A DNA stretch of 43,127 nt, taken from the NCBI GenBank assembly GCA_964647565.1, contig CAZYIM010000023.1, positions 1 to 43,127 on the forward strand. The letters run 5' to 3'. The first letter of the stretch is position 1; each line of letters opens with the position of its first letter. The stretch comes from an uncultured Methanosarcinales archaeon (GTDB lineage Archaea > Nanobdellota > Nanobdellia > Woesearchaeales > CAZYIM01). Below, piece by piece: positions 9,055 to 17,588 of this stretch. The translations under genes and the position numbers were made by a program. The notes below the pieces were generated by a model that saw nothing but the letters and a program-made list of their open reading frames with translations, searched no databases and was not told the DNA's origin.

Positions 9055-11291
9055 TGACACCACAGCAAGAAGCTGCGCAAGCATTTGCTAATCCGCAGGC
9101 TGCTGAAGTTAGGATGGTTAAGAATCAGTCAACTGATACGCCTCAAGATGGCCAAAAGCAAGGGAAACACATTAGATATTCTACCCAGAAGGATATCAAT
9201 CTTAATGACTTTATATTCCATAATCCCAAAACTGGCCAGAATGTCAGGCTAGTGATACCAAAAAAAGAGGATATTCATCCTGATTTGAAAGATGATATGA
9301 AGAGATTAGAGCTTTATCTGTCTGAAGGCGCCAGTGCTCTTGGTCTCCAGGCTGCTGATAGTCTCTTACAATCTGTGAAAGTAAAGGAGAATCCTGATTT
9401 GGGCAGACATATCAGGCTCTGGAAGCAGAGGTTCAAGAGACGGCATTATCTGTTCAACTGGAGAATGCCCGGAAAAAACACAAAAGCACTTCATGATGCA
9501 GAATTTAAGGCGAGCTGGAAAGATCCGATAAAAGTGCCGTCTGACTGGTTCAATGAAGAAGGATATAAGGGTGATGAGTATGATCATAACAAATTGGCAA
9601 GTCGGTTCTTTAGGATATTTCATAGACGAATAGATGATGCTCCAAGCATAGAGCCCTTTGAAAAGACACATTATTTTTTAAGAACTGAATCTGTGCCAAA
9701 TGGCAAGTTTAAATGGGGTTATCCTGAATATATGTGGGTGAAAAGATTCAATCAGGACACTACTTTTAATGCTCCTAATCTAGAAGAAGTTGATAGACTC
9801 ATAAGAGCCGAAGAGATATCTGGCAGCAAAGCTAACCTTGCAGAGCTTTACTTCTATAAGGGAGAGCTGGAATATTTTGTCGGAAGGTTTGGTGACGCAA
9901 AACAAACCTTTGAACGGGTCGAAGAAGCAATAAATGATCAGTTTTGGAGGGGTGATTACCTGTTTACCAAGGCAGCCCTGAATCATAAATTATTAGATCG
10001 TGCTGTTGCTAATGAGCTGGAACAAAAAGGAGCTATCAGCCAGAAGGGCTGGAATAGGCATGGCGTATTTATGGCTGAGGCCTTAGCTAACTATCTGAAA
10101 GCCTTTATCATATACGACTCTGGATCTAATCTGCACCGTTCTGATAGGATGCATTTTTGTTGGAAAACTATTTTCAAGCTTGCTGCAAGGGAATTTCCTG
10201 ATGCGCACGGAAAAGAGCTTTCATCTGAAATTACAGACAATTTTTATGATATACTATTAAAAAATATTGACTACGCGCCTTATTGGTATGGTGGCAAGAA
10301 GCCGTCTAAAGCTTTTAGTTTCCTTAAGATGATGGAAGAATACGCTAGTGAAGCTGTTGTCAACCATAAAAACAGGAATTTCCTGACAGCTTGTGCAGAT
10401 TCTGTGATGACTTTGGAAAATAGAAATTCAAGGAATTATGTACATGCGTTAGTAAACCTTGGCCAGGTATTTCTGCAGACAAAAGCTCCTGCAAAAGCAA
10501 GGGCAAAGATTGAGCAGCTAATGAAAGATCACGAGGAATACAGGGAAGCTTATGCATTACGGGAGATAATGAGTGAGCAGTACTTTGGCTGGAAAAAAGC
10601 CAATTTCCTTGTCCAGAATGACTTCTATAACAGTAATCCGTGGGAGACTTATCTGAGAATCAGGACAAAAGAAGAGTATGCAGAAAAGTTTACAGATCCC
10701 TTAGAATATGAAAGCAAGATAGTTACCAAGATTATGGAGTTGATTAAAGATCCTCTAGCTTTTAGCCAGAAAATAGATTTAGACTCAGTAGATATGTTCC
10801 TTTTTAATCTGCCAAATGCTGAGAATTACATGGAGCTTTACCTAAAGGAAGAGCTTGCAGATGAGATTAGGAAATACTATCCAGACAGTGCTATGGTACT
10901 GGAGTTTGGAAAAGAATTGCAGCCTGTATTCTCATCCTCTAAACCATTTCCCAAACAGCAGATCATTGATGAAATAATGAGCTTTTACGATCATCATCCT
11001 GAGGAGAAGTTGAAGATGATAGAGAATGCGTATTCACAAATACTAACAAGGGAGAGTTATGATGAGTACATTCGGGGTCCCTGGCATAACTACAACGGTT
11101 TCAAGCCGGAGATGGTCATTGGCAAACTCGAGGCTATGAGATTGCTTAGTTATGAGCTTGAAAAACAACCTCAATTGTCATATAATCAATTTGACTACCT
11201 TAAAACTCACAACACCCATGCGTTTATGAACCATGTCTGGAATGAAAAATACCGTTTGAGCGGATTTGCTAGAGAAGGAAAGATCAAATGA
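9039..11291 (+). CDS. Paralog-array protein, all-helical TPR-like member with AEVR leader
   Basis: Leader MFQPMMTPQQEAAQAFANPQAAEVR; motifs LWKQRFKR and LAELYFYKGELEYFVGRFGDAK. Closest in body to 5075-7123. Confidence 0.85.
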   Translation: MFQPMMTPQQEAAQAFANPQAAEVRMVKNQSTDTPQDGQKQGKHIRYSTQKDINLNDFIFHNPKTGQNVRLVIPKKEDIHPDLKDDMKRLELYLSEGASALGLQAADSLLQSVKVKENPDLGRHIRLWKQRFKRRHYLFNWRMPGKNTKALHDAEFKASWKDPIKVPSDWFNEEGYKGDEYDHNKLASRFFRIFHRRIDDAPSIEPFEKTHYFLRTESVPNGKFKWGYPEYMWVKRFNQDTTFNAPNLEEVDRLIRAEEISGSKANLAELYFYKGELEYFVGRFGDAKQTFERVEEAINDQFWRGDYLFTKAALNHKLLDRAVANELEQKGAISQKGWNRHGVFMAEALANYLKAFIIYDSGSNLHRSDRMHFCWKTIFKLAAREFPDAHGKELSSEITDNFYDILLKNIDYAPYWYGGKKPSKAFSFLKMMEEYASEAVVNHKNRNFLTACADSVMTLENRNSRNYVHALVNLGQVFLQTKAPAKARAKIEQLMKDHEEYREAYALREIMSEQYFGWKKANFLVQNDFYNSNPWETYLRIRTKEEYAEKFTDPLEYESKIVTKIMELIKDPLAFSQKIDLDSVDMFLFNLPNAENYMELYLKEELADEIRKYYPDSAMVLEFGKELQPVFSSSKPFPKQQIIDEIMSFYDHHPEEKLKMIENAYSQILTRESYDEYIRGPWHNYNGFKPEMVIGKLEAMRLLSYELEKQPQLSYNQFDYLKTHNTHAFMNHVWNEKYRLSGFAREGKIK
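9051..9103 (+). repeat. 53-nt exact direct repeat, copy 2
   Basis: Identical to 7132-7184; identity resumes (GAAGT) after one mismatch. Confidence 0.95.
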
Positions 11292-13072
11292 TGATTCCAA
11301 TGATATCACCACAAGCAGAGGCAGCAGCCATCTTTGCAGATGTAAGGGCTGTAGAAGTTCGTACCTTAGAAGATTCTGTAGAGCATAAGCTGCCAACTGG
11401 ATTTACTTTCCAGGACAGTGTTAAACTTGATTCTGTGATGATCAAGGCTCAAAAATGCTATGAAGAACAGTGTTATGAGGCTGGAATCGCTATTATTGAC
11501 TCTGTTCTAGAGCAGGAAGCAGCTCTGAAGCAGGATTTAAATTTCTACAAGCAGGCTCAGCTTTGGAAAATCAGGTTCGAAAGGGCGGATGAGATGAATA
11601 AGGTATGGTTGTATGAAGTATATCCCTATATTACCACAACAGCCTATGAAATAGACCAGTTAATAACCCAGAAAGAGAGCAGTAGGGATGCGGAAAGTCT
11701 AGGAGAGCTTTATCTTTACAAGGGAGAGCTGGAAATCCGTAATAATAACCTTGAAAAGGCAAAAAAGGCTCTTTATTGGGCAGAATTGGTCAGCGAAGGA
11801 AAATTTTGGGAACCAGAGCTTGACTATGCCAAAACTCGTCTAGAACACATGAAGTTTCTTGAGAATATTGAAGATATCAAGGGAAAATCTATTAGCCTCA
11901 ACAAGTGGGACAAAACCCAGAGGCAACTGCATAAGATCGTGACAGGTTATCTTAAGTATGCAGATGATTATATAAAAAATCCAGATTCACAACACCTATT
12001 GAAAGGCAGGTTTTGGGCCGTGAACTTTGATTTGTTTGATTTCGCTAACTTGCAGTTCTTTCACGATAAAAAAGACCTTATGGATCCAATCAGGGAGGAG
12101 ATCTTGGATATGATTGTTCAACTCATCCCTCATTGGGCAGAAATGGTTGATTTCACGCCTGATAGATTCAGGCTCGACATGGTCAGAGGATATACAGAAA
12201 AAAAACAATACAATGATATTACTACTAAGTTCTTTGAGGACCAGTTAACAAGTATGCAGGCAAGGACAAATCAGAAAACCCAGTTATATTCTGACGTCCT
12301 TATAGCTCAAGGAGAGCTCTATCTGCGAGCTTTTGAGCCTCTTGATTCAAGGCAAAAGATAGCTCAATTGATAGAGGAACATCCTAAACATAAAGTGGAT
12401 TCCATAACCGAGAAAGTTGTTTTTGATGGCTGGCTAAGACAGGAATATGCAAGAAGAATTCTTTTTGCAGGCATGCAAATCAATTTTTATCAAATTAAAT
12501 ATCACTTAGGACAGTTGCAGGCTGTTTTTGACAGGACTAAACGGACTGATGATCTCCTTTCAGATTTTATAAATCCTTTGCAGGAGAATTATTTAGAATA
12601 TCATGCAAGAAGAAGATTCAAGATTCAAGAATATGCAACTGAGCATGAAGGGCTTAAAAATGCTATCCAGACAGCTGTTTTGCATCCTGAAAATGCCAAG
12701 AATGATTCAATTGCAGCCTATCTGCTAACCCTGCCTGTACCTGAAGACAAGGAAACTGGATATATCTTCCTGCATATGAAGGACAAGCTTAAGCATAATA
12801 AGCTTGACAAGCTTGATCTGCCTTTAAAAACTGAGCATATAATTCTGGACATGCTTGAACAGCATTTAAGGCACGGAGACAAGATCCGTCCACCTACTGA
12901 AGAATATGAAATCCATCCGGGTAGGACCTTGGGTATTCTTTACGGACAATTAAAAAGAACTTATACTAAGGCTAAGGATTGGGATGGATTTGAGCCAATC
13001 TTTATATCGATCAATCGTAGCATATATCCAAGACCATTTTGGGATGCCTTTTGGTTCAGACTTAATAAATAA
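11288..13072 (+). CDS. Paralog-array protein, all-helical TPR-like member with AVEVR leader
   Basis: ATGA overlap. Leader MMIPMISPQAEAAAIFADVRAVEVRTLEDSVEHKLP; motifs LWKIRFER and LGELYLYKGE. Confidence 0.85.
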   Translation: MMIPMISPQAEAAAIFADVRAVEVRTLEDSVEHKLPTGFTFQDSVKLDSVMIKAQKCYEEQCYEAGIAIIDSVLEQEAALKQDLNFYKQAQLWKIRFERADEMNKVWLYEVYPYITTTAYEIDQLITQKESSRDAESLGELYLYKGELEIRNNNLEKAKKALYWAELVSEGKFWEPELDYAKTRLEHMKFLENIEDIKGKSISLNKWDKTQRQLHKIVTGYLKYADDYIKNPDSQHLLKGRFWAVNFDLFDFANLQFFHDKKDLMDPIREEILDMIVQLIPHWAEMVDFTPDRFRLDMVRGYTEKKQYNDITTKFFEDQLTSMQARTNQKTQLYSDVLIAQGELYLRAFEPLDSRQKIAQLIEEHPKHKVDSITEKVVFDGWLRQEYARRILFAGMQINFYQIKYHLGQLQAVFDRTKRTDDLLSDFINPLQENYLEYHARRRFKIQEYATEHEGLKNAIQTAVLHPENAKNDSIAAYLLTLPVPEDKETGYIFLHMKDKLKHNKLDKLDLPLKTEHIILDMLEQHLRHGDKIRPPTEEYEIHPGRTLGILYGQLKRTYTKAKDWDGFEPIFISINRSIYPRPFWDAFWFRLNK

Positions 13073-13081
13073 CATGATAAA

Positions 13082-15007
13082 ATGATACCAATACCAATTC
13101 CTTCGCCAATTGAAATACCTCAGGCAGAAGTACGCTTCATTGAGCAGCAAGAAAATGTGAAGATTCCTGAAGGACTTGTGATTCCTGGAATGCAGCAGGA
13201 CACTAAAAAAGACTCTCTTTTTTCAAAACTGGAGAAGGAATACTTCAGATGGCGGAGGGATCCGACCCTAAAAGAGTTGCATGAGCAAGTCCAGAAATCC
13301 CTTTGGGATGATAGCTCCAAGAAAGATCCTGCAAAGTACTTGAGGCTTCAGCTTTGGGATATACGCTTAAACAGAAGATTTGGACAGAAGCATACATTAT
13401 ATGATATTGAACAGCTGCTCGAGCACAAAAAAACACTATATGATAATAAGGATTTTGCTGAACTACACTTCTATACTGGCGAAAAGCGCATGCTGAGCAA
13501 GAGGTATACTGAGGCTCAAAAAGCCTTTAAAGAAGCAAGGCAAGCTGTTGACTGCCCAAAACAATTCATCGATGACCTGATCTTTCTTGAAGCAGAGGCA
13601 TTCTGGAAGTCAGGGGATATTGGCGAAGCAACAGAGCTGTACAAGCAGGTTTTGACCATGGAACGATCTGGAATCCATGAATTTCTCTATATTTCTGAGC
13701 TTAAAGCTATAAGGGGATCTCCATTATCCGGCGAAGATCCAGACAGTTATTTCTATCAAAGAGAGAGCATAATAAGGATTGACCAGGCAATAGAAGATTA
13801 TGATAAGAAAAAGCAATACTTTGAAGCAATGCAATTATGCAAGTTTATGGCAGAAAAAACAAGTCTGGATACAAGCACCAAGAAAAGCTATGACAAGCTT
13901 AGAAAAGAGATCAAGACCAAGATGCTCAGGAGAGGCATGATCAATTTCTCTACAGGAGCGCTTTATTTAGGCTCTAACGGAGGCGCATTTAATTTTGTCT
14001 ATAATCCAGGAAGGTTTGACAGGGATGTCTGTGGTATGAGTATCGGACTAGGTCTGATTCCAGAAATTATTAATGAAACGAACCACAAGAAGTCTATAAA
14101 AGCATTGAAATGGTCAGAGATAGGCAATCCTTTATTCAGGGATGCGTTTAGAGAGACAGATTTCCTGCTTATAGAGGGTAAACCCGGGTTTGGCGCTGGT
14201 CTTTTAGGAAGAGAGTATGTTCATGTTTTTGAGCAATTTAAGTATGGAAAAAGATTCAAGTTCAATAATCATATGTATATTGAGGGATGGGTAAACACCA
14301 GAGTTTTGGATTTAGATATGGATGTTGATTATACTGTAGGAGAAGATGGTGAGCTTATAACTGTTGAATCATCAGGAAGTACAGCTTTTGACAATGCGTT
14401 TAGGCAGGATATTTTACAGAACTCCTCTTTTAATTTTACAGAGGGCGATACAGTATATTTTGACTATTTCAAGGCAGGGGGAGAATATGAGCAGATGACC
14501 ATTAATCCTCATATTGGCCTCGGATTTCATAACCTTAACTTAATAAAATCAGCCGGGATAATCCTGGATTACATTGGTCTTGCATACGAAAGATTTGACT
14601 CTGGAACAGACAATCTTGAGGTTTATCGTGATGGTAATGAACTTTCAGAGGAGTTGGTAAAGAAACAAATACAGAACTATTGGCCAAGAGTCACCTCTAA
14701 TGATCTTGTTTTCCAGGGAGAGATCACTTTATTATCTTCAGATCATCTTAATGCAGGATTCAGATATATGCGTAGGTTTGGTAATGAGCAAAGCCAAGGC
14801 CTGAAATCCATCAAGAATATCTATCTTGATAACAGGACAGAACAATTTTTAGGCCTTGACGTGATGGCAAAATTGCCATTAGATGGATTTCTAGGCAGAC
14901 TGGTTTTCCAAGCGACATATTCCTGGTTGCATACAGCATTGGACAGGGATTACCATCTTTTCAGAATGGGCGTTTCTGTAATATCTAAAGATAGACCCTT
15001 CCATTAG
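13082..15007 (+). CDS. Paralog-array protein: AEVR leader + TPR-like region + C-terminal beta-barrel-like domain
   Basis: Leader MIPIPIPSPIEIPQAEVR; LQLWDIRLNR, FAELHFYTGE; TPR-like AEAFWKSGDIGEATELYKQVL. Beta-rich from about nt 13935 ending HLFRMGVSVIS. Confidence 0.85.
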   Translation: MIPIPIPSPIEIPQAEVRFIEQQENVKIPEGLVIPGMQQDTKKDSLFSKLEKEYFRWRRDPTLKELHEQVQKSLWDDSSKKDPAKYLRLQLWDIRLNRRFGQKHTLYDIEQLLEHKKTLYDNKDFAELHFYTGEKRMLSKRYTEAQKAFKEARQAVDCPKQFIDDLIFLEAEAFWKSGDIGEATELYKQVLTMERSGIHEFLYISELKAIRGSPLSGEDPDSYFYQRESIIRIDQAIEDYDKKKQYFEAMQLCKFMAEKTSLDTSTKKSYDKLRKEIKTKMLRRGMINFSTGALYLGSNGGAFNFVYNPGRFDRDVCGMSIGLGLIPEIINETNHKKSIKALKWSEIGNPLFRDAFRETDFLLIEGKPGFGAGLLGREYVHVFEQFKYGKRFKFNNHMYIEGWVNTRVLDLDMDVDYTVGEDGELITVESSGSTAFDNAFRQDILQNSSFNFTEGDTVYFDYFKAGGEYEQMTINPHIGLGFHNLNLIKSAGIILDYIGLAYERFDSGTDNLEVYRDGNELSEELVKKQIQNYWPRVTSNDLVFQGEITLLSSDHLNAGFRYMRRFGNEQSQGLKSIKNIYLDNRTEQFLGLDVMAKLPLDGFLGRLVFQATYSWLHTALDRDYHLFRMGVSVISKDRPFH

Positions 15008-15077
15008 GAATTTAGCATAAAAACAATAACACTTATAAACAAATCAAGGTTCTTTCGTCGGAAAGGAGTTGATAATC

Positions 15078-15623
15078 ATGGTAGAAAAGAAAGAAAGTGC
15101 AAAAAAGGCTGAAAAGGCCAAAAAAGGCGACTTAGTTGTCGTTCACTACACAGGTACATTGGGAGATGGTACTGTATTTGATAGTTCTGAAGGAAAAGAC
15201 CCTCTTTCATTCCCGCTTGGAGCTGGAATGGTTATCAAGGGCTTTGAGGACGCTATTGAAGGTATGGCTGTTGGGGAAGAGAAGGAAGTTCACTTAACCA
15301 AGGACGAGGCCTATGGAGATCCTAATCCTGAATTGGTAAAGGAGATACCTAAAGCAGCTCTTGAAGGCAGCAATATTGAGCTTAAGGTAGGTATTGTTTT
15401 GGCTTTTAAAGTAGACCAGACAGGTCAGGTCATTCCAGGCAAGGTTATGAAGATTGGTGATGAGACCATCACTATCGACATAAACCCTCCTTTAGCTGGA
15501 AAAAATCTTAATTTTAAGATAAAACTGGTCGATGTCAAGGACGCTCCAAAGGAAGAACCTAAGCAAGAACCTAAGTGCGAACCTGAAGAAGGAGATGCAT
15601 GCGGCTGCGGCCACGAACATTAG
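15078..15623 (+). CDS. slyD: FKBP-type peptidyl-prolyl cis-trans isomerase (SlyD-like, with insert-in-flap and short Cys/His tail)
   Basis: VHYTGTLGDGTVFDSS, GMVIKGFEDAIEGM, AYG, IDINPPLAGKNLNFKI; tail CGCGHEH. GGAG RBS favours ATG 15078. Confidence 0.93.
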   Translation: MVEKKESAKKAEKAKKGDLVVVHYTGTLGDGTVFDSSEGKDPLSFPLGAGMVIKGFEDAIEGMAVGEEKEVHLTKDEAYGDPNPELVKEIPKAALEGSNIELKVGIVLAFKVDQTGQVIPGKVMKIGDETITIDINPPLAGKNLNFKIKLVDVKDAPKEEPKQEPKCEPEEGDACGCGHEH

Positions 15624-15635
15624 AATCGATACAAA

Positions 15636-15684
15636 AGAAAAGCTTGTTGAGCTTTTCTAGGCTTCAGAAACCTTTGGTTTCCGA
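15636..15684 (+). terminator. Two adjacent hairpins after the PPIase gene, likely terminator
   Basis: AGAAAAGCT/AGCTTTTCT (15636-15658) and GAAACC/GGTTTC (15667-15681), followed by a T-rich run. Confidence 0.5.
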
Positions 15685-15722
15685 AATTTTTATTAAGACT
15701 TCTTTATTTTTTTATATTTACT

Positions 15723-16088
15723 ATGGGTAGCTTTGTAGAACTTAATGATACGCTTCAGATAACCTCTGAGCAGGGATTTCCCTCTGAGCTTAATCTGGAA
15801 ACTCATAGAAATAAGCCCTTTTCTGCAGATGATTTTAAGGGTAAAATCTTTGAATTTAAGGATAAGCCTAATCTGAGAATATATCATTCTGCGCCAACAA
15901 GAGTGTTTTTAGTGCACAATATTGATGGGAAATGGCTATATTGGGGCCATGTCCAGATAATAGAGCAAACTCTTCATTCAGATACTAAAACTACTTCAGG
16001 TAAGTTTATCATAACAAAGATATATCTGCCTGATTACCAGGAGCAGATCAGCAAGTTTGAGGTTGATCCTGGCAAAGAATATTTTTAG
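15723..16088 (+). CDS. Conserved hypothetical protein
   Basis: 121-aa ORF with natural composition (MGSFVELNDTLQIT...GKWLYWG), preceded by an AT-rich TATA-like region. No function recognised. Confidence 0.75.
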   Translation: MGSFVELNDTLQITSEQGFPSELNLETHRNKPFSADDFKGKIFEFKDKPNLRIYHSAPTRVFLVHNIDGKWLYWGHVQIIEQTLHSDTKTTSGKFIITKIYLPDYQEQISKFEVDPGKEYF

Positions 16089-16116
16089 ATTTCTAACTGG
16101 ATTCTATGATTATAAT

Positions 16117-16152
16117 AAAAAAGAAAAAAAGCTCCCCTTGGATTCAGGGGAG
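16117..16152 (-). terminator. Hairpin + U-tract terminator downstream of ftsZ
   Basis: CTCCCCT/AGGGGAG stem (16132-16152) next to a + strand A-run (U-run on the minus transcript). Confidence 0.65.
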
Positions 16153-16255
16153 AAAAGGTTGGTCTCCACGTGAGTTTTTCGTTGGGGGTGATGTGAAACA
16201 GTGAAGACCAAGAAGTCATCCATGAGTATGAAAACCCCTTAATGGGGGGTTTTTC

Positions 16256-17326
16256 TTAGTTTAGGATTTCTATTCCTAGCTCTTCTTCCATAGTCTCTTT
16301 ATTCTCTGCTCTAATCTCAGCTCTCTGTTTCCCGAGTATCCAGGGGCTCTGGACGCCTGTAATTATAGTCATTACTGTGAGTTTTCCCTGTAGGTCTTCT
16401 GCGATGCGTGCACCCCAGATTACATTTGCGTCTACATCCATGCTCTCTGTGACCAGCTCACCTACTCTGCTGATCTCATCCAATGTCATGTCTGGTCCTC
16501 CAGAAACATGGATTATTGCTCCAGTAGCTCCTTCGTAATTAATATCTAAGAGGGGGTTACTTAGGGCGCCTTTTACAGCCTCTTCAACCCTATTGTTGGT
16601 ATCAGATGCTCCTACTCCAATAGCAGCAACGCCGCCGTTGGTCATGATAGCTTTTACGTCTGCATAGTCAAGGTTCACTAGGCTCGGAACTGCAATTGTC
16701 TCTACAATACCTTTAATCATAGTTGCTATAAGTTCATTTGCTACTGCAAAGGCTTGCTGAACAGGCAAATTCCCTGCAATCGATACTAGCCTGTTGTTAT
16801 CAATTACTATTACTGTATCCGAGATTTTCCGTAATTGCTGTAGACCGAACTCTGCTTTGTCGACTCTTGCTCTTTCGATCTTAAATGGCATGGTCACTGT
16901 CCCGATGACTATCGATCCTACGTCGCGGGCTACTTGAGCTATAATTGGAGAAGATCCGGTACCAGTACCGCCTCCCATTCCTGCGCAGACAAATACCATA
17001 TCTGCTTCTTTCATCACTTCTTTAATATCATGCATGCTCTCCTGGGCTGCTTCTGCGCCTCTTTCAGGAAAGCCGCCACAACCAAGTCCTTTGGTTATGT
17101 CTTTACCTATCAGAAATTTCCTGTCTGATTCTATAATATCAAGATGTTGTTTGTCTGTATTACAGGCAAGTATCTCTGCTCCTTTGATGCCCTTTTTATA
17201 CAGCCAGTTAACCATGTTGTTACCAGCCCCGCCAGAGCCGATTACCTTGATATTGGCTTGCTTTGGTTCTATGTCCTCATAGTCAGCACTTGAGGTTTTG
17301 GTTGTTTTGTCCACGACTACGTCCAT
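16256..17326 (-). CDS. ftsZ: Cell division protein FtsZ (archaeal type)
   Basis: IKVIGSGGAGNN, GMGGGTGTG tubulin signature, NLDYADV, VIWGARI. Confidence 0.98.
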   Translation of the reverse strand: MDVVVDKTTKTSSADYEDIEPKQANIKVIGSGGAGNNMVNWLYKKGIKGAEILACNTDKQHLDIIESDRKFLIGKDITKGLGCGGFPERGAEAAQESMHDIKEVMKEADMVFVCAGMGGGTGTGSSPIIAQVARDVGSIVIGTVTMPFKIERARVDKAEFGLQQLRKISDTVIVIDNNRLVSIAGNLPVQQAFAVANELIATMIKGIVETIAVPSLVNLDYADVKAIMTNGGVAAIGVGASDTNNRVEEAVKGALSNPLLDINYEGATGAIIHVSGGPDMTLDEISRVGELVTESMDVDANVIWGARIAEDLQGKLTVMTIITGVQSPWILGKQRAEIRAENKETMEEELGIEILN

Positions 17327-17430
17327 TTTGGTGTCCCCCTCGTTTTTATTTTCCTATTGATTTGTATTCTCAAAACTATATTTTCGAATACCAAAATATT
17401 TATATCTAACTTAGTCTATCTTCTTTCTAG

Positions 17431-17510
17431 AAAACGCCAAACTTTTGATTAAAAAGTCTTAATCAACGTCGCCAAACGTTATTAAGAAAGGTTCTCGCCA
17501 AAAAACCTAT
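17431..17510 (-). promoter_or_regulatory. ftsZ upstream region with three CGCCAAA (minus: TTTGGCG) motifs in hairpin loops
   Basis: CGCCAAA at 17435, 17470 and 17496; stems AACGT/ACGTT and AGGTT/AACCT; TTGATTAA/TTAATCAA hairpin at 17445-17466. Confidence 0.5.
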
Positions 17511-17588
17511 TTTAATATATTGATTTATATACTCATATTTAAATATTATTGTTCTGCAAAATACATATCTTAGTGATAACTGCAGTTT

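Noticed and set aside
1..15007. Paralog array as a provirus, transposon or DGR cassette
   Set aside because: No integrase, transposase, capsid, terminase or reverse transcriptase motifs, and no adenine-specific repeat pairs, were seen in the window.
15549..15590. Short 12-nt-period repeat encoding KEEPKQEPKCEP
   Set aside because: Low-complexity linker in the SlyD tail.
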